Origin: Tubulanus polymorphus
Lineage: Eukaryota; Animalia; Nemertea
DNA: 64,000 bases
Assembly: GCF_964204645.1 (NCBI RefSeq)
Contig: NC_134025.1
Coordinates: 26,888,299 to 26,952,298, forward strand
Direction of reading: 5' to 3'
In this document: positions 43,092-55,076 of the stretch, piece after piece
How the letters are laid out: every line of letters begins with the position of its first letter
How positions within the stretch are numbered: position 1 is the stretch's first letter
Program-made: the position numbers and the translations under genes
The notes under the pieces: model-generated
Told to the model about the DNA's origin: nothing
Database searches by the model: none
The model's input: the letters and a program-made list of their open reading frames with translations, nothing else

Positions 43092-44499
43092 ATGGATATC
43101 TGGACTGGTGTCTTTACTGATAATTGTCAAACTGTGGAATTTCTAAAAGAAACGAAATGTATGTTCATTATGAGAGGTCTACCTGGATCGGGGAAATCGA
43201 CTCTTGCACATCAATTAATGGAGACGTATACTGATTCCATAATTTGCTCGGCTGATGACCATTTCAAACAAGCTGATGGATCATATAATTTTTACGAAGC
43301 TGAGCTCAAAAATGCTCATGAATCCTGTCAATGGCGTGCGAAATCTGCCTGCTGTAAGAATAGAAATGTCGTTATAATTGATAACACTAACGTGAAAGCC
43401 TGGGAAATGAAAGCGTATCTAGAAATCGCAAACTCTCATGGTTATTTAGTTTACACAGTTCAACCAAATACCCCTTGGAGACGAAATGTGAATGAGCTGG
43501 CAAAGCGCAACAAGCATCACGTCGCCGTATCAATATTGCAGCGAAAGTTGTCGGCATTTGAAAATGTTTTGCCTATATACTACGCTTGGATTCTGACTGG
43601 GAAGGAATCTGAAAATTTGATCACCACGGCTCAACAGTTTCTTAAAATGTGCCTCGAAGTACGTCGAGTAGTAGACGAACTTCGTGACCACATCCCACAA
43701 ACTGCCTTAAAAGAGATGAGTAAGTTTGTTTGAATCATGGATAAAATATAGATAATTGCAATTAAGAATAATTAAGAATAATTAAGAATAATTGCAATGT
43801 ATGATTATGAATAATTAAATTGCAGAAGATCATCTATACTTTACAAGACAACATTTTTCTAGTTCAATACACAATATGCATTGCACCGCTATGTTTGACC
43901 ATGATACGTCCCGTTACCAGCCGTCCGGAAGAGCATTGAGCTACTCGACACTCGTCAAAGATGTCATGGGAACTGTAGATAAATTGAACGTCACCGGGTT
44001 CGTTATAACGACGAATTCATTTTGCGCGAAAGTGAAACTGAATGAGCAACAGTTGAAAATTTTCTATCGAGATTCCGATGACGGCGGTGGAAATTCGGCA
44101 TCGGCGTCGGGTGCTACGAATTGCGGCGGACGCGCGGTTAATTCTTGGAGAACAAGACATGATTCTTATCCAGCCGGCTTTAGACAAACTAGGCATGCAA
44201 GTGATATTTCGGATTTGAATTCTCGATTTACGTCGCTTAATTTATCGTCATTGGAGGCGCCATTACCCAAAGGTACCCGAGCTCATATAACTCTAGGCTG
44301 CCGTGTCGGTGTCCCGCCCGTTACGGCCGGAAATGAACTTCTCATGATCAGTAAGCTGTGGGCTGCCTCGTCCTATAAGTGGAAACAGAAATGCGATTGT
44401 TTTGAGGTTACGTACTACGGAAATGGGATGTTTTTCGTAGATCTTAACAAGCCAATACAGGTGACCACAATTTTTGCCGGTCAGTTTGCTCGAAAGTAG
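43092..44499 (+). CDS. CNP: 2',3'-cyclic-nucleotide 3'-phosphodiesterase (CNPase)-like, 2 coding exons, ~433 aa
   Basis: Exons 43092-43719 (A|GTAAGT) and 43826-44499 (TGCAG|) join in frame (1302 nt). The N-terminal PNK-like P-loop domain has MRGLPGSGKST, SADD and IIDNTN. The C-terminal 2H phosphoesterase domain has both HxT motifs (HCTA, RAHITLGC), matching CNPase architecture. Confidence 0.9.
43761..43790. repeat. (ATTAAGAATA)x3 tandem repeat in the CNP intron
   Basis: Three perfect 10-bp units read directly. Confidence 0.9.
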
Positions 44500-45134
44500 A
44501 AAACTCTGATTCTAACAGTTACAAGAAAGGCATTAAGAAGTGTCTATTTGCAAAGTTGCGTTACAATTCTTCTTTGTTGTTTATGCCTTGCAGAATATAC
44601 GCACGCGGTTGATTAGAATTTAAATACATTGGAATTAATTTGACGTTTTCAGCAATTTTTTTTCTTCTGATATTTTTTTTCAATCACAGGAACCGAGGTT
44701 AAAATACCATACATGATTAGTTACAATGTACGTAAACAGAATTGATGTATTTCGGATGTACGATTTGACATATAAGATCAAGATGACTGCAATGATCTGT
44801 CTCCTACTTTGTACTTGTTGGTTTAAAAACCGTTATTTTTAATTCTATCATAGTGCATCTTGTTCACTGGCAGAGCAATGAATTGTAATTCCATTGGATG
44901 TTTTAACCCAAGGCGATCATTCAATAAATTCTAAAGTGAATTTTTTTAGGAAAAAACTTTATTTTATCATCCTGTTCACTGGCACAGCAATAAATAATCT
45001 AACATCTCACAGCTTTTGATGTTTGTGATTATAGTTTTAATATTTAACTAAAAGTTAACAACGGTCTATATTAATTGTACATGTAATTTTATATTTTTAT
45101 AGATTAACGTATGTATTTTACATTTATCAATTTA

Positions 45135-45735
45135 GTTCCCGGTCACACAGCAATAAATTGTAATTTTAGAGAATTAAGATTTGAAGAATCTTTTGTGGTA
45201 ATGCTTATATGCTTTTTGTGTGCTTGGTAAAGAAAACTTTTGAGTTTGTAATTTTCTTCGAAATGGAAACTATCGATTCGAAACGCCATCGATTCGATAT
45301 GGAGAAGTGAGCTCGTCTCGGTCGGTTTCCAGCAGATAAATTTGAGAAAATATAGGATTCGAACCGTAATTTGTGACCAATCTAATCTCTATCTAATAAT
45401 CTAAAATACAGCTTTTGCGTTTTTAATTATGTTTTTAAAGATGTTTAACCAATGGTTAATTGTAAGTGTAATTTTACGTTTTGAAGAATAGCATTGATCT
45501 GAAGCAGTAGCACTCATTGAATTATTGTTCACGGTACCGCAATAAAATAAGAGAATAAGATTTTAAATCCTTTGTGATAATGCTTTTTGTGAACGAAATA
45601 AAAAAAAGATCAAATAGCTTGTGTGTTTGTAATTTGCTTCGAAATGATAACTTTGACATCGCCATCGAAACGGGTGTGGTGCTCGTCTACGGTCTCAGTC
45701 GGTCTCGCAAATGATTTATGAAAGTAAGGAGCCGC
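45135..45735. repeat. Degenerate direct duplication, period ~390 bp
   Basis: 45135-45365 and 45527-45735 share ordered blocks: GTTC.CGGT..GCAATAAA, AGAAT.AGATTT, ATGCTTTTTGTG, GTTTGTAATTT.CTTCGAAATG, CGCCATCGA, GCTCGTCT..GTCGGT. Confidence 0.65.
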
Positions 45736-46560
45736 GAAAAGCCACTGCACGAATTTGCTGATGCTGCGGACTGAATACATGTGCAGACATCGCCAAATCG
45801 TCAATCGCTTTTCGTTAATCACGGTGCTATTGCACTTTCGTACCTTCCTGAAAATGTATTTCTCCATATAAGGCCTTTTCTTTATTAGTCTACTAAAGTT
45901 CAGATTTTTCAAGAAAATAGTCGGAGGGCGAAAAAGATAAAAATTATAATAGGCATTTTGAAATGGAAGGGAACAGGAAAAAACATCATAACAAAAAATT
46001 ATTTTTATTGTTTGAGTATTTTCTACATAAAACCTCGGAAGGACTGCAGAAAAAGATAAAAGTGGAGTGAAAATTGTGAGGAATTTTATTCAAACGATGG
46101 ATGAAATGGAAAAAAATTCTAAACTTGCAAATCATGAGATTGAAAATTGAGATGAACATAACTTTTACATGGTACTAAAATTAGAAATTAATCAGAAATC
46201 AACACTAGATTGAAAATCAAGACGAACTATCCAAAAAAACGAAAAGTTTTTTTGAAAAATTGTGATGAAATTACGAAGGAAGACTAAAGAAATTTTCTTT
46301 TTATTTGATGATTTTTGCATTCTGGGAGGCGGTCCCGTACTCTAAAAATACTCGTCCAGCTCTTTGGCCGGCTTGTGAGGACAACATTGGCCGAACATCG
46401 GTTAGGGTACCGTACGGGTTACTAGTGGACTCTGGACGGCAAACCGAGCGCTATGGTTGTGGCTGATCAGCACATGCTAGTATAAACAACAACTCAAATG
46501 CTTCAAGGATACCAGGTACTTGATGTTATTTCACACTCGTACAAAATAATGTATTAATAT

Positions 46561-48800
46561 AATTCAATTCAATTCAATTAATTCTTTATTGTTCCGTAAC
46601 GTAGTTAAACATTATAAGATTAAGTACAATAAAGACAGGGGGATAAAATATAACATTTTAAAGATAGAGATAACAAAAACAATAACAGTTTAATATACAT
46701 ATATACACGATGTAGACAGGTTTTCAGTAAGTGAATCAGTGATAGTTTAATTAATGGATACTGCGACGTAACACTCAGATTTCAGATTGTTTTTTTTTCA
46801 TGAGTTAGACCCTTTCTCGATGTATTTCCCTAAATATTTGGCCATTTCTATAGAGGACATTATAGTTACAAATTTGACTTTATCATTTACATTCGACATG
46901 CTAGGATATTGATTATAAAATTCAACAGATCTGTTCTTAAATTATCAAATTTTGCACACTCCATTACAAAGTGGAACTCATCTTCTACTACTTCGCATCT
47001 GCTACATAAGCGTTCTTCCCTAGGGATACCTAGGTAGCGCCCTTTCTCAATCATAAGTTTGTGTGCACTGAGTCTTAATTTGGTTAGAGCTGTCTTAGAG
47101 GAAATTGGAATGTTCAGTAGTAAATAGGGTTCCAAACTGAATTCTGTTTTGAAGATCTTATATGAGTCAAGTTTGTTAAAGCTTTGAATTTTTGTTTTCC
47201 AGAATATTTTATATCGCTCTTGGAGTATGTGTTTGAACCTTTTAATATGCTGATAGGTCTGGCCAACTTCTAACAGGTTGAGACTATTTGTAGCAGACAG
47301 AATGGCTTTTAGGAAAATAGTCCAGTCATTTGTCTGGTTTTTCATAGAACTCAAATCTTTCACCGTTATATTTACAATACTATTTACATTTGTACACATG
47401 TGGTTATAAAAGTTAATTATACGGGAAAATGCATCTATATAAATCGGTAGTCTTCCTAATTCACCGAGTACTGCTAAATTGGTAGTTTTTTTTTGTTTAC
47501 ATGCAATATGAATTTGCAGAATTTGACAGTTAATTTATTGAGTAGGTCATCCTTTTCCACTACTTCCTCAATTGGGAATGTACCCTTGTTTTTGAATATT
47601 TTCTTAGCAGTGCTCGTTTTTGGTAACCAAATCTCACAACCATATAATAGGATGGGTGTTACCAAAGTGTCAAACAGCTTTAACGATACATTGGGTGGAC
47701 AATCTTGAATACCAATCATTTTTTGAATACTGAACATGGCTCGGTTAGCCGATTTGAATAGATCTTCTCTAGCTTTGTTAAAACACCCTGATGCTGTAAA
47801 TATAAGTCCTAGATATTTGTACTCTTTTACTAATTCAACATTAATTCCATTTATATAAAAATGTGTGTTAATTGGTATATGGCCATTCTTATTAAAAATT
47901 ATTGCCTTACTCTTTTCAATGTTTATTTCTAAATTCCATTTTTGACAGTATTCTGCAATTTTGTCAAGGCAGTTTTGAAGACTATGTTTAGAATTCGACA
48001 CTAATACAAGATCGTCGGCATATAATAGATAATTTATCAGCATGTCGCCCAGTGGAACTGGGTCACAAGACTCATCGAATATAGACATAATATCGTTAAT
48101 AAAAATGTTGAAAAGCATCGGACTCAGAGTGTTTCCTTGTTGTAACCCAATATTTGAGCTGAATTTGCTGGATGTTTGGTACGTGTTAAGTTTCACTCTA
48201 CAGGTGATATTCCGATACATACTTTCAATGATGCGAATGAAGTGATCTCCTAATTCTAATTGTTTCAATTTGTATATTAGACCCTGGTGCCAGACTGAGT
48301 CAAATGCTTTTCGGAAATCAATGAAACAGGTATAGATTTTATTGGATGAGGATAATTTCTTATCGACAAGTCTCTTTAGTGTGAACATATGATCTGTGGT
48401 CCTACATTTAGGCATGAAACCAATCTGCTGAGGTACAATCAAATTGTTTGATTTCAGTTGTTTTTCTGACATTCAGGATATGACAAAACACTTTACCGAG
48501 ACAACTGCTTAAGGTAATTCCCCTATAGTTATCGGGCAATGATTTATCGCCCTTTTTATAGAGAGGAGCAATCAGACCTTCAGCCCATGAATCTGGATAG
48601 ATAAGCCGCTAGAATAAACGTAGTTAAATAATTTTGAAAGGGGCTTGACAAGATAGTCTTTCCCGTACTTTAAAATTTCGTTGGTTAATCCATCAGGCCC
48701 TGGTGACTTGTTGTTCTTCAGGGCTGATAGAGCTTCCGAGATTTCTCTTTCCGTGATAAGAATGTCCAATTCAGTAAAAGTAGGTAAATCATTTGGTAAA
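46561..48800 (-). mobile_element. 5'-truncated, frameshifted non-LTR retrotransposon (LINE, RTE-X-like ORF2 remnant)
   Basis: Fragments in different frames: KSPGPDGLTNEILK (48572-48769); RT domain QQIGF..FIDFRKAFDSV..GLQQGNTLSPMLFNIFIND..LLYADD..YKYLG (47474-48472); C-terminal RLSAHKLMIEKGRY..RLCSRCEVVEDEFHFVMEC (46887-47399). The 3' end on the minus strand is AATAAA followed by a (TTGAA)n tail at 46561-46589. No endonuclease domain is present and the 5' junction is approximate. The clade assignment is from recalled motifs. Confidence 0.9.
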
Positions 48801-49911
48801 TATATTAAACTTATGTAGTCTAGCTGTCGTTGTAGGGAACCCGTAACAACGACTGGTATTCAGAACTATTGATGATGATACCAGTTTCAATGGTGTCTGG
48901 ACTCTGTTTGTAACAAAAAATAAATGAAGCTTGTTCTTTGTTGTTTGTTTTCAATCAGTGCTAGGGGTTCCGTATTTAGCAGGGAATACCGGGCACTTGG
49001 TAGAGACGGTCGCTCAGCACTGGGAGACAACAACAATATTTCTAACCTGTGGGTTCAAACAACTCTCGACACCCCTGGGTAAAAAATTACACCCGGAACC
49101 GCCAAGATCGTCGACCGTCAGTAACTTTTGCCGATCTTTTAATAGCACACTGGACAACTTGTGCGAAGTAGAACTGTTGTGGCTAAATTTTCAATGTGGC
49201 AAGTCGTAACGTACGAGTTATGCAAATAAATGCGACTTTTATTGTTTTATTGACTTCAGTCATTCGCTACTTTTTTCTTATTTCAATTCAATTTTATCAA
49301 CCGAGTGCTTAGTTGCACCATCGGTTCTCGATCATTTTACAAAAGTAGCGTTTGTATATATAAATATATGCGCATTTAACGTTAGCGATTGACGAAAAGC
49401 AATTGACGATTGACGATTAGCGAATGACGATTGACGACGGTACCGGTATTCCGTAACTGCGCATGCGTGAATTACGGCGATATTATCGGCCAAGGTCGTG
49501 AGGCGCGGAAATGAGAAATAGCCATTTCGGGGTTTCTCACAATTTTAATATTCAAACATTCCTTTAGGTGAAGAAACGCCTCGTCGACTATCGGAGTAAG
49601 TATTTAGTTAATTAGTATAGATCATGGAGCAACTGCAGTAGGCCTCTAATGGTTATGTACCTTATGAAATGCGGCTCTGACTGGGAAAAGGTGACTTCCT
49701 GAAACGAAAGAGGAGTCCTTTTTTTACTTTTTTACGTTTACAAAAAATTGACCAGGTCACCATCTTGATAATCCATGATGCAACTGTTTTACCAACATGA
49801 TCCAACGCGCGCCCCTCGTCTATCTCAATCATACAAAAAGGCAGGAAACGATCATATCTCCGTAAATGCTTAGTCAATCCGCAAAACTTGGTTGGGACAG
49901 CTGACATCTTA

Positions 49912-50269
49912 AGCCTAGCGCACATCGACACTGCGATTGGAGACAACTAGTTGCAAGGCAGTTTTCGGCGCATGAGAGGAACTGGCTGGATACGATCAGT
50001 TGCTTGAATGTGTCGATGTGAGCGAGCTTACGATTGGTAAGCGTCGATCTATCTCCAGTTCCAGCCAGTTGCCCATGTTCTACTTTTGAGCAACTGGTTG
50101 TACTCAATTGCAGTCATATCCGTCGATGTGCGCGCTCTGGATCTCGACGATCGACACGCGCCATGCAGTTGCTGCAACTGACCGGTTTTAACTAGATTTC
50201 GATGTGCGCGGATTAACCGTTCGGTAGCAACTAGTTGTCTCCAATCGCAGTGTCGATGTGCACTAGGCT
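49912..50269. mobile_element. MITE, PIF/Harbinger (Tourist)-type, 358 bp
   Basis: 43-bp terminal inverted repeats AGCCTAG(C/T)GCACATCGACACTGCGATTGGAGACAACTAGTTGC at 49912-49954 and 50227-50269 (one mismatch), flanked by a TTA duplication (49909-49911, 50270-50272). Internal TCGATGTG and GCAACT/AGTTGC sub-repeats; no credible coding sequence. Confidence 0.9.
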
Positions 50270-50424
50270 TTAGTTACCATATCATTGATGGTAAGCTTTT
50301 ATAATCGGATTTGGCTTGTGAAAATATCCGATCGTGAAACTAAACCGCAGACAGGTTTCTGACTTCTGACATCTCAGCAATCCCAACGAGGTATTCGGTT
50401 ATTTCCGATAAAGCATTCATGCTA

Positions 50425-50438
50425 CGCCATCTGGTGGC
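50425..50438 (-). promoter_or_regulatory. CTCF-like motif upstream of FAM50 ATG
   Basis: The minus strand reads GCCACCAGATGGCG, matching the CTCF core CCASYAGRKGGC. Motif match only. Confidence 0.3.
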
Positions 50439-50596
50439 TGCACTTTTCACTGTTAAGTCTTGTGGTGTTGTCTCAGTCTGACCTGCTGAGTCAGAGTGTC
50501 GCATTTATTGTCACCGATATTCCAAGAACAATGATTAACTTAAAATACAATTGTTTTACTTCATAGTCTGTGAATTAAAGGGTCATCTTCCTCATC

Positions 50597-51963
50597 ATGA
50601 CTCACTACAAAGGAGCAGCCAAAGAGGCTGGAAGGGCCATGATTCTGATGAAAAAACGACAAAAAGAACAAGAAGAGTTGGAATTGAGGAAGAAGAAAAT
50701 CGAAGAGGAAATGAAAATTGGCAGCATCACCAATAAATTTGCTGCACATTACGATGCTATAGAACAACAATTAAAATCTGATACTATTGGTCAGTGTCGT
50801 TTACACCCCATTAACCTTATTCATGCTTCAATCGATCGTGTTTGAATCACTGTAAATTTTTCATATAGGTCTAGTAACACTCGATGAAATGAAGGCCAAA
50901 CAAGAGGTAGCTATCAAAGAGAGGGAAAAACAACTCGCTCAGAAAGATTACGAAGCTAAACTGATCATACAAAAACAAGAGTATGAGAGACAACAAAGAG
51001 AAAGGAAACAGGTAAAATGGCTACGCATTATGGTGGGCTCGTCCCTGCCTGGTAGGATTATTCATTACTGTAAGTGAATTTCAGAAATCTGCATTGTCTT
51101 TTGATATGGAAGAGGAAGATGATGATGATGATGATGACAGTAATGAAGAGGAGAAATACGACTTTAAGGAACCTAAACAACCTGTTTTCAAGAAAAGACG
51201 ACTCGGTAAGTCATATTCAAATTATACTTCTTTGACAAATTGATTTTAACTCTTCGTGGAAATACAATTGTCTTTCTTTTTCTATATAACCATTTACGAA
51301 GGAAAAAACCCGGATGTTGACACAAGTTTTTTGCCGGATGTCGATCGCGAAGAAGAGGAAAACCAACTTCGGTAGGATCAATAATACGAACAACTACAGG
51401 TGGTGCAATGTTTGGCATTTTTACGGTATAAATCGTTATTCTTTCATTTCAGGGCTAAGTTACAAATGGATTGGGCAGAAAAACAAGAAACGCTGAAAAA
51501 TGAGGAGATAGAGATCGTGTATAGTTACTGGGACGGTTCGGGACATAGGCGTCAGTTGAAGATGAAGAAAGGAAATAGCATGCAACAGTTTCTACAGCGG
51601 TGTTTAGAGCAATTACGTAAAGAATTTCACGAACTGAAAACAATCAGCGTTGATCAGTTAATGTACGTGAAAGAGGACTTAATCATACCGCAACATTATA
51701 CGTTTTACGACTTTATCGTGACGAAAGCTCGAGGAAAATCAGGACCTTTATTTAGTTTCGACGTACATGAGGATGTACGTATTATGAACGATGCTCGATT
51801 CGAAAAGAACGAATCTCACGCCGGGAAGGTCGTGCTGCGTAGTTGGTACGAAAGAAATAAGCATATATTTCCAGCTTGTCGATGGGAACCTTACGACCCT
51901 GAAAAAAGCTGGGATAAATACACAGTTCTGGACAAAGAACAGGCTAAAATTATTGTGAAGTAA
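50597..51963 (+). CDS. FAM50A: FAM50/XAP5 family nuclear (spliceosome-associated) protein, 5 coding exons, ~345 aa
   Basis: Exons 50597-50789, 50869-51011, 51085-51205, 51302-51371 and 51453-51963 (1038 nt, open). Family motifs: [112 protein letters not shown]. Confidence 0.96.
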
Positions 51964-53632
51964 TTTATTTGTAATATTGTAGCATTTTAATCAATTGAAC
52001 TTGTACACATAAGATATACAACATTCAAGTTGATAAAAAATTAAATGATGTATATGTTCAACTGATTCTTTGAGCTTTTTCTTCTTCAAAATTAAAAAAT
52101 TTGTTTGATGAACTGTCATGGAGAAAGATGAACCTTAGCAACAAAAATTTACTGGAGATTGGACTTTGCTTTTAAGTTTGGGGGTGAATAAAAATGTAGT
52201 AGCTTGGATGATCTAAGCAAAACTTCTATTCCCCCAAACTTCAAATATGAGCCTGTGTGCTTTTATGAAAGGTTTTGAACATGGTGGTGTATGGGTTCCT
52301 GGTTTTTAGCAAAGTCTTCTAAAAACTTTGTTAGAATCTTTGGCGGTAAGCTTCGATTATCACCTAGGTTTGTTCTTGATGAATAGGTGTTTCTGTAGCT
52401 TATTGACATTGAGAGGACAACCTAACACTTTGAATCCCAATTGTTGTCGGACCTGGTACATCCCTTTATTTCATCCTGTATACAGACTCGGGTTCTACCA
52501 AAGCCAAATTTTGTTGATAGAAGTGATAAAACAATTATTATCTTCACAAATATTTGGCATGGCTACATTCTTTATTGACTGCCAGGGCTCACTACTTTTA
52601 ACAGCAGCATTACGATAGTTAACTAAAATTCCAATTCAGTCTCACTTTATTCAGTGCCAGGGACGGATCTAAGAAAAAAGCATATTACATTACTGGCAGT
52701 TCCCTGAAATTCCACTAGGGGACCGCATAGTGCTGCCACCTGAGCTGGCGGGACATCAGTAACAAACTAAATACTTTAGAACCTTGAATTTAGAATGCCA
52801 AGAAATAGAAAACCCCAAATAAAACAATTATTGGCAGTTTTATTTCTAAGAGAAGATACATGTACTTGAATCAATTTAGATAATAAATTCATTACATGAA
52901 ATAGCAAAACAATGGTCCACACTAGTTGTATTCAATGGAAAGTAACTTGTATCTAGACATAAATTTGCCATCAAAATTTTACAGCTAGTTATTCTATAGC
53001 AGACAACATTTTCTATGGTAGCCACCACTGATTGGGACAAAATAAACTCAACACCTCTTATTTTACAGTAGCTCCAATTGCACAAAATTAACATCTTTAA
53101 TGAGTTAAGCAGTTGATGAAGCGAACTACCAATACTCACTTTTATCACAAATGACACATTGTTATTCATGGCATTAAAAAGGGTTCAATCGGAAATTTGA
53201 CAGAGAATTTTGTACTATAGTTGACGACTACAATTAGAGACTTAAGATAGCAACTGATTCTAAGCACAGGATGGTAGCGTTAAGCACTTAACACACAAAT
53301 GCGGTAGCAAAATGCATCGTATATAAATCTATTTGTGAGACTATATAACCAGTTCAGGGAAAAGATATGAAACACGATGTAGACATTGTTCATAAACTTC
53401 ATATCTTCAAACAAAAATGCTGTTTGGCATAATAAGGCACAAAATATCGGCATTTAGCTTTATAAATAACTGAGTAAACTGATATACCAATACTTTTACT
53501 AATAGTTAATACAAATGCAACGAAAAGGTTGCTAACGCTTTCCAAGTTTCGTTCATATGATGTTAGTTTTCTTAATATTTTAAATTCCCAATACAGCTTA
53601 ATTTCTCTATTAATGTAGCTAAGACCTGGAGA

Positions 53633-53659
53633 AATATATATATATATATATATATATAT
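53633..53659. repeat. (AT)n microsatellite
   Basis: Direct reading. Confidence 0.95.
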
Positions 53660-55076
53660 TGCACATAAATGCAAGTATACAAATAGATCCGACATATTGA
53701 TAGAACAATGAAGTACTGTAACTTACTATTTAATCATTCAGTTCTCCTTAATCGAAGTTTGATATTTACCAATTTTTTCATGAATGCCTAATATCTGAAG
53801 CCACAACCAGCATGGCTTTACAACTCAAGGATACAATCTAATACTAAAACAGAAATAATAATACATCAGTTCACAGTATAAATACTGATCATTTCATTGA
53901 CTCTCACTTCTCAAGCGAATAGAAACGCAAAGTTTGGATCCAGTCCAAATCATAATACTACATACATTTAGATAAAACTTATATAGAGTAAGCATAACGT
54001 AGAAATATTCACAATGGCACGAGCTAAAAACTTCTATATCAGCCAAATAAATTCATGTTGTCATGTGTCCTTCACGTACGGTAGGTGCGAATATTAACAC
54101 AAATCAAAGGAGTCATAGAAAAGTTGAAAAAAGTCAGAATAACAATATCGTTTGATCATGTAAGAGAAAGATTACATCATTTGAGCTTAAAAAAACTTTA
54201 CGTAAATTAGTTTAAACTCATGGAAATAGCTACAGTATATTGATTTGCTAGGATCAAAACAAAGGGAATGAAACAGATATGAACATGTTATGTGTATATA
54301 CTACAATTCCTTGATAATCTACAATAAGAGCCATGATACTAGTATAATTTAATACATAGAGAATGATGATTAACCCTTTTTTTGTTGTCAATTCACAAAA
54401 AAAATTTTCCTATATACATATTAACAATTGACTAGTATACAACAATATTTGAGCATTACATGCACAGTTATTACACCCACTATATTATGTACTACATGAA
54501 TTTTTCACAACTTTAACCATTATCATTTAATCCATCGTGTCTATATTCACATATTACTCAATCCAGCATCATTGTCTCACATTAAGCCACTATTCCAATT
54601 CATTTCAAAATAATACTTCGAACATAAATGCACAACATAGGATAATATACGTGTCTCTCTCTCGTGAGTAATTACAATTGAAACGAAGTGAAATTCATTG
54701 ATAATTATTTCGCTCCCAATGTTCTACCTTCGCTTTGAATCTACGAAAGATTCTTCTTGCATTGCACAATAAAATAACAAACGTGTTGGTAATTTACCTT
54801 AATCAAAACTTAAAATTAATGAACAGAAATAGTGTCTTTGATCACGTCTTCAATCACGTGTTATAGTGATAAAATATCCACCATCCAATGTATTTTGAGA
54901 TCAAAGCGTTTTTTTTTCCGGAGCAATCTTTACATGACGCTTATTTTTTACATTGGGAGTGGAATAAATTCTAGAAAATGTCTGACCAATCTAAAAAGGT
55001 CATTATAATTACAAATGATGTAGCATAGTCAGATATTATGGCACATAATAATCAATCAGAGAATGGGATACATTCA

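Noticed and set aside
48820-48890. Two adjacent hairpins at the LINE 5' junction; the minus strand reads GAAAC-stem-GTC-stem like a hammerhead ribozyme
   Set aside because: The required CUGANGA core after stem I is absent (it reads GACAGCT), so it is not a canonical hammerhead.
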